Part shown: positions 26,820-39,690 of the stretch, piece after piece
Layout: the number at the start of each line of letters is the position of its first letter
Numbering within the stretch: the first letter of the stretch is position 1
From: Tubiluchus corallicola
Lineage: Eukaryota > Animalia > Priapulida
Assembly (NCBI GenBank): GCA_030141605.1
Contig: JAQGDQ010002380.1
Location: 186,001-250,000 of the forward strand
Length of the DNA: 64,000 nucleotides
Reading direction: 5' to 3'
The notes under the pieces: generated by a model
The model's input: only the letters and a program-made list of their open reading frames with translations
Database searches by the model: none
What the model was told of the DNA's origin: nothing
Translations under genes and position numbers: made by a program

Positions 26820-27735
26820 CTTTAGAAAACTAAATACAATGCAAAACTACGCACTTAGATTAATTCATGGCTCCTCTAACAAAACTGCTAAACAACATGC
26901 TGCTTCTGCAACAAGCTTAAGAGCGTCCGCAAAAATACCAATATCAGAAGCCTATCGAGATTACAAAACACTGATATTTCTTTATAAATATATCAATAAA
27001 CTGAGCATTCCATTTATAAACAATCCCTTAGCATTCATTCCTGATACCACTTTAAACAATAGAACACACAATTTAAAGCAAATTACAGTAAACAATAAAT
27101 TTGGAAATAACTCTATATCAAAACAGGCCATACATTTATGGAACTTACTACTCAGTGACATAAAACTAATAGAATCTCTCCACCAATTTAAAAAGAAATT
27201 AAAAGAATATCAATATAACAGGTGTCAAGTTCCACATTGTGCATCTGATACTAATTACACAGACTCAACTTTCATCTACCCCCGCCCCTGACTCCATAAA
27301 ACGATTAAAAAAGTAAAATTTTTAAAAAATTATGTAATGTAATACGTGTTACGTCAGTTTTGTAATGTCAAATGTAAAAATAGTGAAAGTAATGAGTTAA
27401 CATTAACAAAATGTAATGAGTGAAATTTATGTAATGTAAAGCATGTTTCTGTTGTGTCATGAAAAATGTATATATGTGTAAAATATGTCATGTAAAATTT
27501 AATGTACTTTTGTAATATTGTTTTGTAAAAATATTTTAATATTGTGTTTGTAAATATGTTCATTTATTGCATATAATTAGGCCTTAGTTTTGCACTTTAG
27601 TTTTTTTTTTAGTCTGCACTGGACGCATTTGTCTTGAACAGTGTTGTTATTTTAACATTACGCTGAGGATTACTCAATTTTATTATAATGAGTGAGCCAT
27701 TTTAATGACAAATAAAGAATTAATATATATATATA
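26820..27735 (+). mobile_element. 5'-truncated CR1/L2-group LINE: ORF2 C-terminus plus 3' UTR
   Basis: LNTMQNYALRLI...LIFLYKYIN...AIHLWNLLLSDIKLIESLHQFKKKLK (QNxAxRxI and WNxLPxxIK...FKxxLK motifs). The AT-rich UTR ends in AATAAA plus (TA)n, and the tail is shared with 61450-61582. Confidence 0.75.
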
Positions 27736-28826
27736 TAAGCCATGTGATTTTGGCAATTGTTTTGTTGGAGAAAAATGTTACAAATAATCCGCTTTACGTT
27801 CATTTTCTGGTAATCTCTAATAATAGCCTAGGACGCCAAAGTTTGAGGAGCGTCACGTTTTAGACAAAATTCTTATTCTCCTCGGAAAATGTGCATACTT
27901 TCATATTCATGTAAACGGCGCATGTTATAACACACCACAGGCAGTTACTCATCTCCCCTTCTATATATGTACCACATAACAAACAGATGCAAGGTATTAC
28001 ACAACAAACAGTTGCGCAATTGCACGAATATAAACGCTGTGCAAATACACATAAATAAGAATGATCACGTAGAAACTAGGTTAATAGTGTTTCTAATACA
28101 CCACAAGTAATTGTTTAATCTGCTCATTGCATTAACAGCCACAAATTCACAATAGAGATGGGCAGCACAGAACTAGGGCGTCGCAAAGTCTTGATACGCC
28201 CCTGCTAATAGCGCAGGTACTCAACGAAAAAAGTAGTTACTAGAATAGCAATCTCATGTAAATTATAGAGACATATAAAAACATGCGATAAACTGATTTG
28301 AGGAAAGCAGGAATAATGGTGATCTTGTCATGGAACTTGGGATATATAAGAACGCTAACGCTGTTGTTTGAAATTTCCTTAATGTCTGCTGTTCGTGTAA
28401 CACTGGCGTGGCTCTTTGATATCGATTATTTGCAAGTTACCACATGGACGTGGATCGTCTTGTGTTTTTGTTTGCGGAGTTTTTTTTTGTTTGCTTGCTT
28501 CAAATTTTTGCTCACTGTTTGTAAGTTGGTTTTCTTAACTCAAATAGCAAATGCTCGTGGCCCAGAACGTTTAAAAAATTTTATGTGAAAAACTACAAAA
28601 CCAAACGCCAAAAAAATGTTTCACGTATTAAATAACTTGTAAATGTGTTTGGGCAACATTCCGGGGATTTTTCCTTGCACAAGTAAGATGCTGGAAAGCA
28701 AACACAAGTATACGTAGATGATTTTAAGTTATTTTCATTAATGGAAATGCGTTCTGCAGGCTTTGCTATTTATTACATGCAGAAATGGGATGTTTTGTGT
28801 GTCAGTGCAAAACCAGAGACCTCTCT

Positions 28827-29395
28827 GTTGATGTTGTTGTTGTTGGCATTTTTCTGTCTCGGAAGACAATGGAGTGTGCGCTAAGAGAGTCAGTTATTGA
28901 TCACATTGATGGAGCTGCAGCGTCGACTGTGGCTGAGCAGTCCGATCCTTGAACCACTGGAGTGGCTTCTCCAGGGCGCACGCCTGGGTAAGGTGTATGG
29001 AGATCCTGAGTTGCCCAGACAACAGGAACCCCTCTCTTCCTCCCTGGTGTAGTGCAGAGAAAGCAGAGCGATACGTTTAGTACTAGGTTGACTGCAGGAG
29101 GTGCCGGAGTCAGTGAGCATGCTGCATTGGTCCGCCTTCGGGGCTCCACTCCTGATTTGGAAGGTTTACTCCTCTACACATGGCCGTTGGGTCTCTTGAC
29201 CTCCTCCGCCCTCTAACCGTTGGCTGCTTGTGCAGCTCCTCCGCCTAGTGTCGAGATACAGTGTGCGCATCCCGCAAGCCTACAGCACCTGATATTCCTA
29301 GGCGGTCACCTATCCAAGTACTAACCAGGCTCTACGTTGTTTAACTTCGGTGATCAGACGAGAACCGGTGTTTTCAACGTGATTTCGCCGTAGTC
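28827..29395 (-). mobile_element. 5S rRNA-derived SINE (SINE3 type) with a GC-rich RTE-like body and (CAA)n tail
   Basis: A full 5S-like head (29276-29395) runs without a T4 terminator into a ~430-bp GC-rich body ending in CCAACAACAACAACATCAAC. Possible TSD: AGAGACCTCTCT (28815-28826) / AGAGATCTCTCT (29408-29419). Confidence 0.8.
29276..29395 (-). rRNA. 5S rRNA-like sequence (120 nt); the SINE head, probably not a functional 5S gene
   Basis: The minus strand reads GACTACGGCGAAATCACGTTGAAAACACCGGTTCTCGTCTGATCACCGAAGTTAAACAACGTAGAGCCTGGTTAGTACTTGGATAGGTGACCGCCTAGGAATATCAGGTGCTGTAGGCTT, colinear with invertebrate 5S rRNA apart from scattered substitutions. It is a single copy with no terminator. 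Confidence 0.85.
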
Positions 29396-31270
29396 ACAGA
29401 GACATATAGAGATCTCTCTATTTCCGTAGCAAAACGTTTGTTTCTGCGGCAAAACTGTGTGCTAGCCATCTATCGTAAATGTCGAATGAAAATAAAATAT
29501 TTTTTATGATTTGTTTCTGTTTTTAAAATTTTCTTCATTTTTCAAACTTTTATAGTCATTTAAAGACTTTACAAGCAAGATTCGATACATTCGAAACGCA
29601 GCGTTCAATTTTGTAAAGGTTAATTGGGCCCTGTAAAGCTATTTGACTTGCAGTGTGTCCACCTCCAGGGAAATTCCTCAGATTGAGATGACATTGACTG
29701 AACTAGTCCTATTCGAAATACAGCTACAGGCTGGCCTGTGATTAGATATGGACACAGGCTATTGTTTCATAGAAATGGCTTCTATTTCGCTCTAAGACGA
29801 GTCAATAATTTGAAATGAAAAGGCGAGTTTTGCGCCCTAAAGCACAAGTGGGCTTTCAAATTTTATCTCTGCATCCACTCACCGCCCCCTTGTAATTTCA
29901 GTAACTCCCTCTTGAGTGAGGCGGGATGTCATTTGGATGAGTAATCCTTGACATTCTTACATGAAGTTGCCTCAATTAAATCACCCGTATGTGGAAACTG
30001 TACACAAATCCAAGACATATACATACTGCCTACTAAAATTAAACGGCTACCTGTATGTAATTAAGTGATCGTCTGCAATTAATTTGTCCACGTTTAATTG
30101 CTGACAATCAAGTAATACTCTTACGCTCACGTGTAAAGGGTTCACCAAATAATAGGCGACCTCGTACCGGAAAAGACCGTAATAGATTAAAGCCGACAAA
30201 ACCATGAAAAGAATCACTTAATTCTGAATAAAGAACGTGCACTTGTTTTAATAACCTATATTGTCGCCATTCGTAGCTCTGGTGGCGACTAATCGACGTC
30301 GGGTACACAGTCACCGGAATTTCTCAATGAGACTGCTGTTATGACTCATTTCCTCAGCAACTTTGTTGAATTTGTTATTTCTGAGGATAAAAAGTAGGAT
30401 AAAATTTAGAAAATAGATTACAATATTAGAAAAAACACCGAAACATTTATATTATATCTACTTCTAGTTCTAGTAACTTCTGTGCCTAGTGCGTTCAACG
30501 TTTCTTGCCCATACCAGTACTTTCAACAATTTAATTCAATTCTTCTTTGTTTCTGTAAAAGAAATTGCACACAGAGACCCATAGAGAAATTACTGTGGTA
30601 AGACTACAGAAACCCACAAGTTGTTCATATATTTAAGACGTCAGCAAAAATTCAGCCACTGTATGCAGTGATATCTCTCTCACTTAATTTTAACGATGGT
30701 GAATACAGGTAATTTCATTACAATTTCTATACAAACTAAAAACTGTGAAAGTAAAGAAAACCGGGAAACTGTCATTTGCTCGCAGGACACGTGTCTAATG
30801 CGAGTAACGAAATGTGAAGCATTGTTAGTGATGCTTAGTTAGGCTCATTCAGCTTGACAACAGGAGTTGCGTTGTTTCGTGAGCAAATAAATCCAATTTA
30901 GAGGCACTAGAAAGGTCGTTGAAGTCAATCGTCCATCGTGTTTCATGACCATTGTCAGGCTGCCTACTTTAATGCCGTTTTCATTTCATGTCAATCTTTA
31001 ATGTCGTAGAAATTTTTACGGCATCTCAAAAAAAAACTTGAGAACATTTTACTAACATCTTAAGAAACTGAAGAGTTTCTATTAACTCATCGTAAATGAT
31101 TTTCGTAACTCATCATAAATAAATAAAATTGCAAGGATGTTTACTGGAGAAAGTGATTCGTTTTTGCACCTTCACGGGTCGTACAAATGTGCAAAAATTA
31201 AGTAGCTATTTAACCATAAATATTTGTGATCAATTTAATTAAGAAAAAAAAACAAGCGAAAACTAGTTAA

Positions 31271-31874
31271 AGGAAAACAGGATGATTTTTCACATGCCGC
31301 CCTATATTTATAAGTATACAGCAAAAAGTATACCGCATACATTTTAGCATCTATAATAATGCTAAAGTGTTTGTGATAATAAAATAATAGTTTAAAAACT
31401 TAACTGACGGCTGGAGATACCAGCAAGCGATGACGTCAGAACTGAACACAGTTTTGTAACAGCCAAACATTCAACGAGCTTGATGCAAGTGTTTGCAAAA
31501 AACAGAAATGGAAGTATAATGCTACTGTACAACATTGACTGTGGTACACAAAAAACTTGTCGAATTTATGTTTAAAACTTTAAAACTTAAAACCGCCGTG
31601 TTGTCATGCTATTTCACCAAAAAAAGGTAATACGTCAGAACTGAACAGAGACGTACAGTGCTTGTTTTTTATGCAATGTGTTTTCGAGATGCAGATACTA
31701 TGTCTATTTAACTACTGTAGCTAATGGCGCATGAACACCGAGCGCACGCAAAATTAAACTTTGGTGGTAATAATTCTTTTACGTAAGTCACATAAAAAAA
31801 CAATTATGTGCACTTTTAATATTTTACACATTAGATTACTTTTAGCTATAGCTTAAGATTGGGTCCTGTCCCCT
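31271..31874 (+). mobile_element. Kolobok-like MITE, full-length copy
   Basis: TTAA|AGGAAAACAGGATG ... GGGTCCTGTCCCCT|TTAA. Shares internal motifs (gaagtaNaNtgctactgta, ggtaataattcttt, cgtaagtca) with the other copies. Confidence 0.8.
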
Positions 31875-32340
31875 TTAAGGAAAGAGTTGACAATTCTTTT
31901 TTTGTCTCGCTTTAGTGCACTTAGAAACGAAACTACTCATTCATGCATTAATTTTAATTTTAACCAAATCTAGGCAGAATATTTTTAAGAATAACATACC
32001 GCATTGATAAGATATTATTTGTTCTTGTTGCCATCTTTGTCGTGGTCGCGGTTGCGACTGCTGCTGCTATTGTTGTTATGTGTTGTTATTTCAAGTAAGC
32101 ATTCTAGAGAATTCTCTGCCTTGGGACCAGTATGTGATCTCGCACATTATGTTAATTATGTAGAAATATCTGTAATCACGAACACGAAGCTAATTAATTA
32201 CCATGCTGTATGTACCCAATAGAGCTATATTTATTCTGCATCCTATGTCCATGTATTTTTCAAACAAATTACTGCTTCATGAAATCTTATCATGGATAGT
32301 CCTTAAAATCCCTGCGTAAGTTTCTAAAAATCGATCAGAA

Positions 32341-32490
32341 GATAAGACAGGACAGGACAGGACAGGACAGGATTGGACAGGACATGGCGGGACAGGACAG
32401 GACAGGACAGGACAGGACAGGACAGGACAGGACAGGACAGGGCAGGGCAGGGCAGGGCAGGGCAGGGCAGGGCAATACAAGATAAGATAA
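32341..32490. repeat. (GACAG)n(GGCAG)n pentamer array
   Basis: Direct reading. Confidence 0.95.
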
Positions 32491-33714
32491 GATCTTTATT
32501 TAAATTCGAGCTTATCTTCTGATCGAAGAGAACTAAATACATCAAAAACAATGGTGATTATGGTCAGACTGCTCACTCGTGAGAGTACTGTTATTTGGTG
32601 TTTCCGTGTGGTTGCACAACAATTTTCTTACTAAAATTTTGAAACGTATGTATAGTAGCGTCAGCTTATAGTAGGGGGTGAGCATTCTCTATCAGAAAGC
32701 AAAGAAGGAGTTTACAATTCCCCACGAAATTTTAAGTACTGTAACCCTAGACCTAACATTGTGTGTGGGGAATTGTAAACTTTAGCCCAAGTGCGAATTC
32801 GAATCGAATCAAATTTTTGACTTTCGAAATCGCTCAAACCGAGTTTCAAAATTTCAAATCCAAATCGAACTCGAAAAAATAGTCTCGCAAAGATCACGCA
32901 TATTGCTTAATTTTGTACCAAAGCAAAAAAATACTAACAATTTGGGTAAAAATCGTGCACTGAAATAGCAGCTAAATAATGGAGTTTGCATAACGTTTGA
33001 AACGGTTTAATCTTAAGGAACTTTTGTAGTAAAGTGCTGAATTACTCAAATCCAAAATTTTAAGTTCGAATAGAATTTGAATTAAAAAACTCGTTCGAAC
33101 TGAATTCACCCCAAGCTTACAGCGGAAAGCACAGAGTGCTGATTACTGTACGACTGGAATTCAGGTTCACATTTACATTTCGTTGTAATAACTATCACAT
33201 CTGCAACATTTATATTCACTGGCGAACTCTACACGATCACCTCTATTCATCATGTTGGTAAACTCTTTACCAATAAGTGGTTTCAGTCAATCGCTCATTA
33301 AAACAATTCACATTCAGAATACACACCGTCTCCATTGATTGAGCCACACGAATGCTTTTTCTAGTCACAAATTTGTAACCAAATTTGCCTTGCGAAGAAC
33401 TGTGGAATGAAAGATGATTCGTTTTGGAAATTTTGTCCATAAATGAAATACACGGAAACGGAAGTATGACCGTGTATTTTCACCGTCATTGTTATTCTAC
33501 GGCGATGGCACACTAGGTGACAGCGTCCGACACCGGACATCAAGTTTTGGATTAAACGGAAGTGCCAATCGTCCCCCATTATAGATGACTTGATGGATAA
33601 GGCAACCCAGTAAATGACTGACTGACAAACTGACTGACTTCTTTAGCTAGGAACTACATGTGTTGCTGAGGGCTGTTCATTCTTTATTTGGTCGACTGCG
33701 TAGTTAACAACTGA

Positions 33715-33873
33715 ATGACGGACTGGTTGACTGGCTGAGTGAGTGAGTGAGTGACTGACTGACTGACTGACTGACTGACTAACTGATTAACTGGCTAGCT
33801 AGCTGCTGACTGATTGACTAGCTGACTGACTGACTGACCGACTAACCGACCGACCGACCGACCGACAGACTGA
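33715..33873. repeat. Degenerate (GACT)n array (a similar one lies at 24088-24270)
   Basis: Direct reading. Confidence 0.9.
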
Positions 33874-34476
33874 CGCGTGAAAAGAAACAAGAATTTATTC
33901 TAGCTTATAGAATGTTTATCATCAAGAATGTTCGATTTCTTCATTGACAGATATCTTCTTATTTTGCTTAGGAATTTTCTGACTCTGCCAGTCTTTTTAT
34001 TATCTAAAACGAATTACATTACTTTTTGCGCGATCCAATTTGCACTGAACTACTTTGCTAAAATATTTACGATATAGAAATATTTTAATCGCAATATAAA
34101 CTGGAGAGGGAGAATATTTAAACGGTAGAGGACAATATCTTGACTGAGACAAACGTAAACGGCACGCGTCAAAACTTGTTACAAATTTGCAAGCATTAGA
34201 TGACAAAATTGACAAACTGAAATTTATCTGTTATATAACCAGTAGCTACAAGGGTGTCCTTGAAAATGGAAAAACAACAAGTTATACATGGAAGAATTCA
34301 ATGCTTCAATGTAATTGGTTTGTGCCAGACGGTTTAGTTAGTAGTAAGGCGTAATGGTGTAATGGGGTAATAATAATCTCTGTTATGTAGTTGTAGATTG
34401 TTATTTACAGTCGGCCCAAAAGCTCTTTGGAGCTTATGTTAATTGTTGATCCAAAAAGGCGACTTTTTAAATAAAG

Positions 34477-34615
<139 letters not shown>

Positions 34616-34799
34616 ATAATTTCATGCGTTGCAGGTAGAAATTACATTAAAAACATTTTGAACGATCGCTTTTTATTTGTTTCTTCAAAATCTCGACTTT
34701 CATACTAAGTCTTCACAGGTGACAAACAAATTAGCTCAATGCAAGAGACGTTGTTTTTCTTATATTAGTTTCTAGCAAATGTCTTAGCACAGAAAGTTC

Positions 34800-35194
34800 T
34801 TCGCTGGTACATGCATTTCGCCATTTGCTAGTTAGATGGACGGAAGCCAATAGCGTCTGCATCTGTGAACACGTTGCAGAAAAAATACAGGCGCCGTATC
34901 TCCCGTTTTTAAATTTATAATTTCCCGAGTTTTTTGTGTATTACACCGAATGTTGCACTGTACTTCAAGTTTCGCTTTTGCAAACATGTGCAACACGCTC
35001 ATGGAATGTTTGTGCTGTTGAAAATTATGTTCAATCATGAAATCATCACTAGCTGGGCTTGCCAGTCGTTAATTAACTTTTTAACCTATTATTTAATTGC
35101 CAGAAATACTTTTGCGTAATTATAGGTGCTAAAGCATATATTTACTGCACTTCAAAAAGTGAGGTAGACTGCGAAAAATAATCCTGTTTTCCTT
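34800..35194 (-). mobile_element. Kolobok-like MITE, degenerate copy in reverse orientation
   Basis: Reverse-complement matches to the family: aatcctgttttcctt, gcactgtacttcaa, gttgcagaaaaaatacagg, ctagttagatggacgg. Confidence 0.65.
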
Positions 35195-36904
35195 GACAGA
35201 GCGCATTTATTAATTGATTGCAACTTGCAAGCTTTACTTAGCCCTGTCCTGAAAGCTTCAAATAAACATTTCTTCTCTCATTCAAGCTGATTTCTGTCAA
35301 TAGCACTACGAATTACATCCTACTGGATTCAATTTAGCAAAGTTTAATGCCATCTGTTTCTACTTCGCACTGTAATTATGCTGTAAACAGGATTTACTAT
35401 TGGATTTTACAGTGGACTGTAATGCCTCCTCTAACCATTCCAAACCGAGCATGTTGATTCACGTGCACATGTACCCCTCCTTCACAAATCCTACTATACA
35501 TAAAAATTCGTTGGATTTGTGTTTTCGTTTGGTAAGATTAGAAAAGTTAAAGGGAAAAATTTGAAACCGTTTTTAGCAAAATTTCTTCATTGTACTGATA
35601 AAAATATTCTAGTGGCTTCTTACTAAAACATAAGACCTGGAGCAAGAGATTTATTACAAACAGGAAAAAAATAGCCACTCAAATGCCATTTATAGGTAGG
35701 TAGGTAGGCAGGCAGGCAGGCAGGTAGGTAGGTAGCTAGGTGGGAGATAGGCAGGCAGGCAGGCAGGTAGGTAGGCAGGTAGGTAGGTAGGCATATTCTG
35801 CGTAAAAAGACTTTTTTACATGAAGTTTTTGCTTCACCTTTTGTTGATCATTTATTGCTGCTTCACCGACCACTTTATTTCTGCTTCCTCGGGCATTTTA
35901 CTACTCCCTCATGGGCCACTTTTTTACTGCTTCATGGACCATTTTATTGCTGCCTCATGGACCACTTTATTGCTGCATCAAGGACCACTTTGTTTCTGCG
36001 TCATAGTGTCTTTGCCTAACCACGTGTCGGCTGAAATTCGTTTGTTCTTGTCCTGACTGACCGCTCAATGTTTACTTTACTCCCACAGTAACTTTTAGTA
36101 CCCAAATCAAATGTCAAATTCACGAACTGGAACAATTATCTCGATGGGCTTCTTAAAAAAACAATTTCTATAACAGCTAGGACAGGGATCAATTGAGAAG
36201 TTAATGTGTGCTTAGCGACCGAAATTAAATAACGCCGAGCCAGGGCAGGAAATGGAGGAGCGACCGCCAAAACTTTTTCTTTTACGTTTTATCTGCCATG
36301 CTACTCGTTGAGTGACAATATATATCTAGCCGAAGTTCCGAATTTGTGTAAGACACTACCATCTGAAAGTCCAGCGAGGATTGTCCGCACTAAAGAGATG
36401 TCCCCAACAATCGACATAATAGGTGAGTTCTGCAGTTGATCGCTGGATTCATTCATGCTGGATATCACCTAGCAGTAACTGAACTTCATAAAAAGAGGGT
36501 TAATTAATACTAACGGAAGTAAACTGAAAAATCATACAAAAGCGGCCATATCAATTACCCCATTACTGAAACACATTTCAGCAAAGCGCTACTTTATTGG
36601 CATTGTGATCGGTTTCAGTGAAAGTGTTTCGGCATCAAACACAGTGCAATGCGTTGACCTTGTTTACTCGGACAAATGTAATCAGTAAATGGAGTGTAAA
36701 TTATTCTGCAGTATGTGGCGTTATATAGTCAACCGCCATAAAGTTAATGCACTGCATATAAAGAAGCCAAGCAAACTGTATTGGAATGATACTGATACAT
36801 AGTAAAAGCATGTTGTTCTAATCGTATGCAAACAGGGCATTACGATTTTCGTGACACCGTTTACTTCGAAACGAAACGCGACTACGAAACGATTTCCGAA
36901 CGTC

Positions 36905-37125
36905 TTTTCGTTCCCATCTCTTCAGTGAATCTAAGGAAACATTCTAAGAGATAAAACGATATAAAATTAATGGCTGCTTATGCAGAATACATTGCCTTAC
37001 CCATTTTTTCTAGATAATGAATGACAACTGGTGCTTGACACTTCAGCAATTCAACAATTCATTAATTTTATGTCGGTTGTTCCTTTCAATTTATTCCTGG
37101 ATTCACTGAAAAAAGGGAACGAAAA
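36905..37125. repeat. Short inverted repeat, MITE-like
   Basis: ttttcgttcccatctcttcagtgaatctaaggaa (36905-36938) pairs with ttcctggattcactgaaaaaagggaacgaaaa (37094-37125). Confidence 0.6.
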
Positions 37126-39281
37126 CGGGATCTTCTGAAATGCAATAAGCTGTACAAAGAAAGTTATGATGCTCTGGTTGTATTGGATGAAAATATTGTT
37201 CAAATCGGGCAAACAAAGAAACAATTTATGTGTTACCTACAGTTTGTTGTAGATAACTCTTGTACTATTGTATTTTACATAGCACGAGGCCTCGTGACAT
37301 GCGTAGCAGATATCTAACTACTTTGTCCATCCCCGTAGATCAGTGTTTTTTGCCCCATACATCTTTTTCACCATATGTTCTGTTATCATTCCTACTAGGT
37401 CTTTCCAAAATGGTCTAATTTCTTAGCGTATTACCCCCTGGAAACATTTTAATAATATGTCAGGATGTTGCACCTTTTACACCTTTTTAAGCTTACCTGA
37501 TTCTGCACGTTGCAGATTTACTTGATTGGTTTTTATAACAGATTTTTACAAATACAGCAGTAATAGAAAAACTGAAATGAAGTCGTGTAAATTAACGCTT
37601 GAAATTCAACAGTACGCTGTCCTGTAGCACAATTTGTAAAATTCTAGTTTGCTGATCAATATTCAAAACTCCCACCTGTTGAGAACCACTCCTGCAGATA
37701 CAGAGTTGTGGATCATGCACATGCGCATGCGCCTGCAATAAGTCAATGGTACCCTCCTGAATTGTTCAAATAAACCAGAAGTCGGTGGATATAGAGGCCA
37801 AAGAGAAGGGCATAACAGCCTCGTTGGCTATTCCGAATTATAAGTCTTCACGCGTGGTGCTTTCAACTTGCAAACTTCTCCGTTTGGTCCGTTAAATACC
37901 CCCCCCCTTTATATCTTAATACATTTCTTGTAATAGCGAGGTTATTAGCCCGTAGTAGGCCCAGTTGGGAACTGCAAGACTAATCAACTCTTTGGATAAG
38001 AAATTGCCAGTATTTACCCTTCAATAGTAACTCCTACCATCTACCATTAATCAATTTCTCATTGATTAAAATGTTTCCCACATAAGAAAGTAAGCGCCAT
38101 GAGACTAATCAAAATGACCTGAACTGAAAGTACACTTTCACGTTCACCCGGCACTAGACTATCTAGATACCAGACCACCATTGACCACTGAACAGCCTCC
38201 AGGTTCATCAACGTCTACTAAAAGTTGGATATTAATGATGAAGCCAAATAGCCTTGCATTTCGATGTAAAAAAGTCAAATGTAAATTTTGCTGCACGTTG
38301 TGATATTTCAGGAAAGTTCGCTTAAGCTTTAATTAAGGTAATGTTTAAGTAAATCTGAGCATTTCTTCAAACTGCAATTAAGATTGCGCCAACATGACAT
38401 TCAGTTAACCGCCTTAACTGGTAAAATCCTAACTAAAGCAAGAGATTACTATAATTAAGATTTCCAATTGGAAAATGGTTTATAAAAGGAAATAAGACTT
38501 AATTTACCGTCAGACAAATTCTATGCAGGAAAATCTTCAGTGACTTACTAGACTAGAAGAAAATGTGCTTCTGTAAAGTTCTATGGGAGACATTTATGAC
38601 ATCTATTTCAGGGTTGTTAGATCTAAAAATCCATTTCTATTAGCTTCCTTTAAAAATGCCAGTCTTTTTGGGTCTAGTGGAACTTTTTCAGATTCCGCAA
38701 AATCGAATTGATAAAAATAATGTTTTTATAATAATTATTAAGGCAAATCAGTTAATGTTTGTGTGGCGGTTATTGCGTGAAGTGAAAGTAACAGAAATGG
38801 ATCCTCCCAGTCATAGTCCTAACTACTCTGGAATGGATGTTATAATCGTTTCTCGATGTTAATTTTCTGTGAATTTCATTTAGCTTATATGTTTGTGCAA
38901 AAAACTTAATGGCCATTTTGTTTTTTCTTTGCAACCGAAAGGCCTGTGGTTCGAATCCAGACTGCATCCGACTTTTTCACATTTGCTGTCGGATAGATTG
39001 GTTTGAAAAATTCAATAATTATTTGTTTATTCATCAATAATCTGTTAGCATTAAGCGACCTCGGAATTCTGCTCCTATCGAACCTAAGTAGATATGGACG
39101 TAAAGATAAACGTGTGGGCGGAACATAATTTCGACAGGCAGACAGACAAGCGGGCAGGCAAACAGATAAATAAATAGATAGCCTAACAGACGAAGTAGTT
39201 AAAACGAATTAGTTACATGTAATTAAGTAATTAGTAACGAGGTCTATATGATCATTGCAACCTGCATCTTTATGATTTATA

Positions 39282-39690
39282 TTTAGTAATCGAATGTGGA
39301 AACTTTTCCAAGTCTATAATTCTGAATGCTGCAAGAAGAAATTATTGAAGTCTCGTAATCTAATCTATCTCTACACTTTAACAAGTTTAAAAATTACGAC
39401 GAAAGAGTTAAGATCGGTTTAGTAATCGAATGTGGAAATTTTTCCAAGTCTATAATTCTGAATGCTGTAAGAAGAAATTATTGAAGTCTCGTAACCTAAT
39501 CTATCTCTACACTTTAACAAGTTTAAAAATTACGACGAAAGAGTTAAGATCGGTTTAGTAATCGAATGTGGAAACTTTTCCAAGTCTATAATTCTGAATG
39601 CTGTAAGAAGAAATTATTGAAGTCTCGTAACCTAATCTATCTCTACACTTTAACAAGTTTAAAAATTACTACGAAAGAGTTAAGATCGGT
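39282..39690. repeat. Tandem repeat, 3 x 136 bp
   Basis: Near-identical units start at 39282, 39418 and 39554. Confidence 0.95.

Noticed and set aside
29276-29395. Functional 5S rRNA gene
   Set aside because: It is a single copy with substitutions at conserved positions, has no oligo-T terminator, and is fused to a retroposon-like body.
30131-30380. Possible additional minus-strand UTR exon (acceptor ttttatcctcag, donor gtgagc)
   Set aside because: Splice-like signals alone are too common to support an exon, and there is no coding signal.
38925-38980. tRNA gene (GGTTCGAATCC followed by TTTTT)
   Set aside because: Only the B-box half is present, with no A box or acceptor stem; at most it is a SINE or tRNA fragment.
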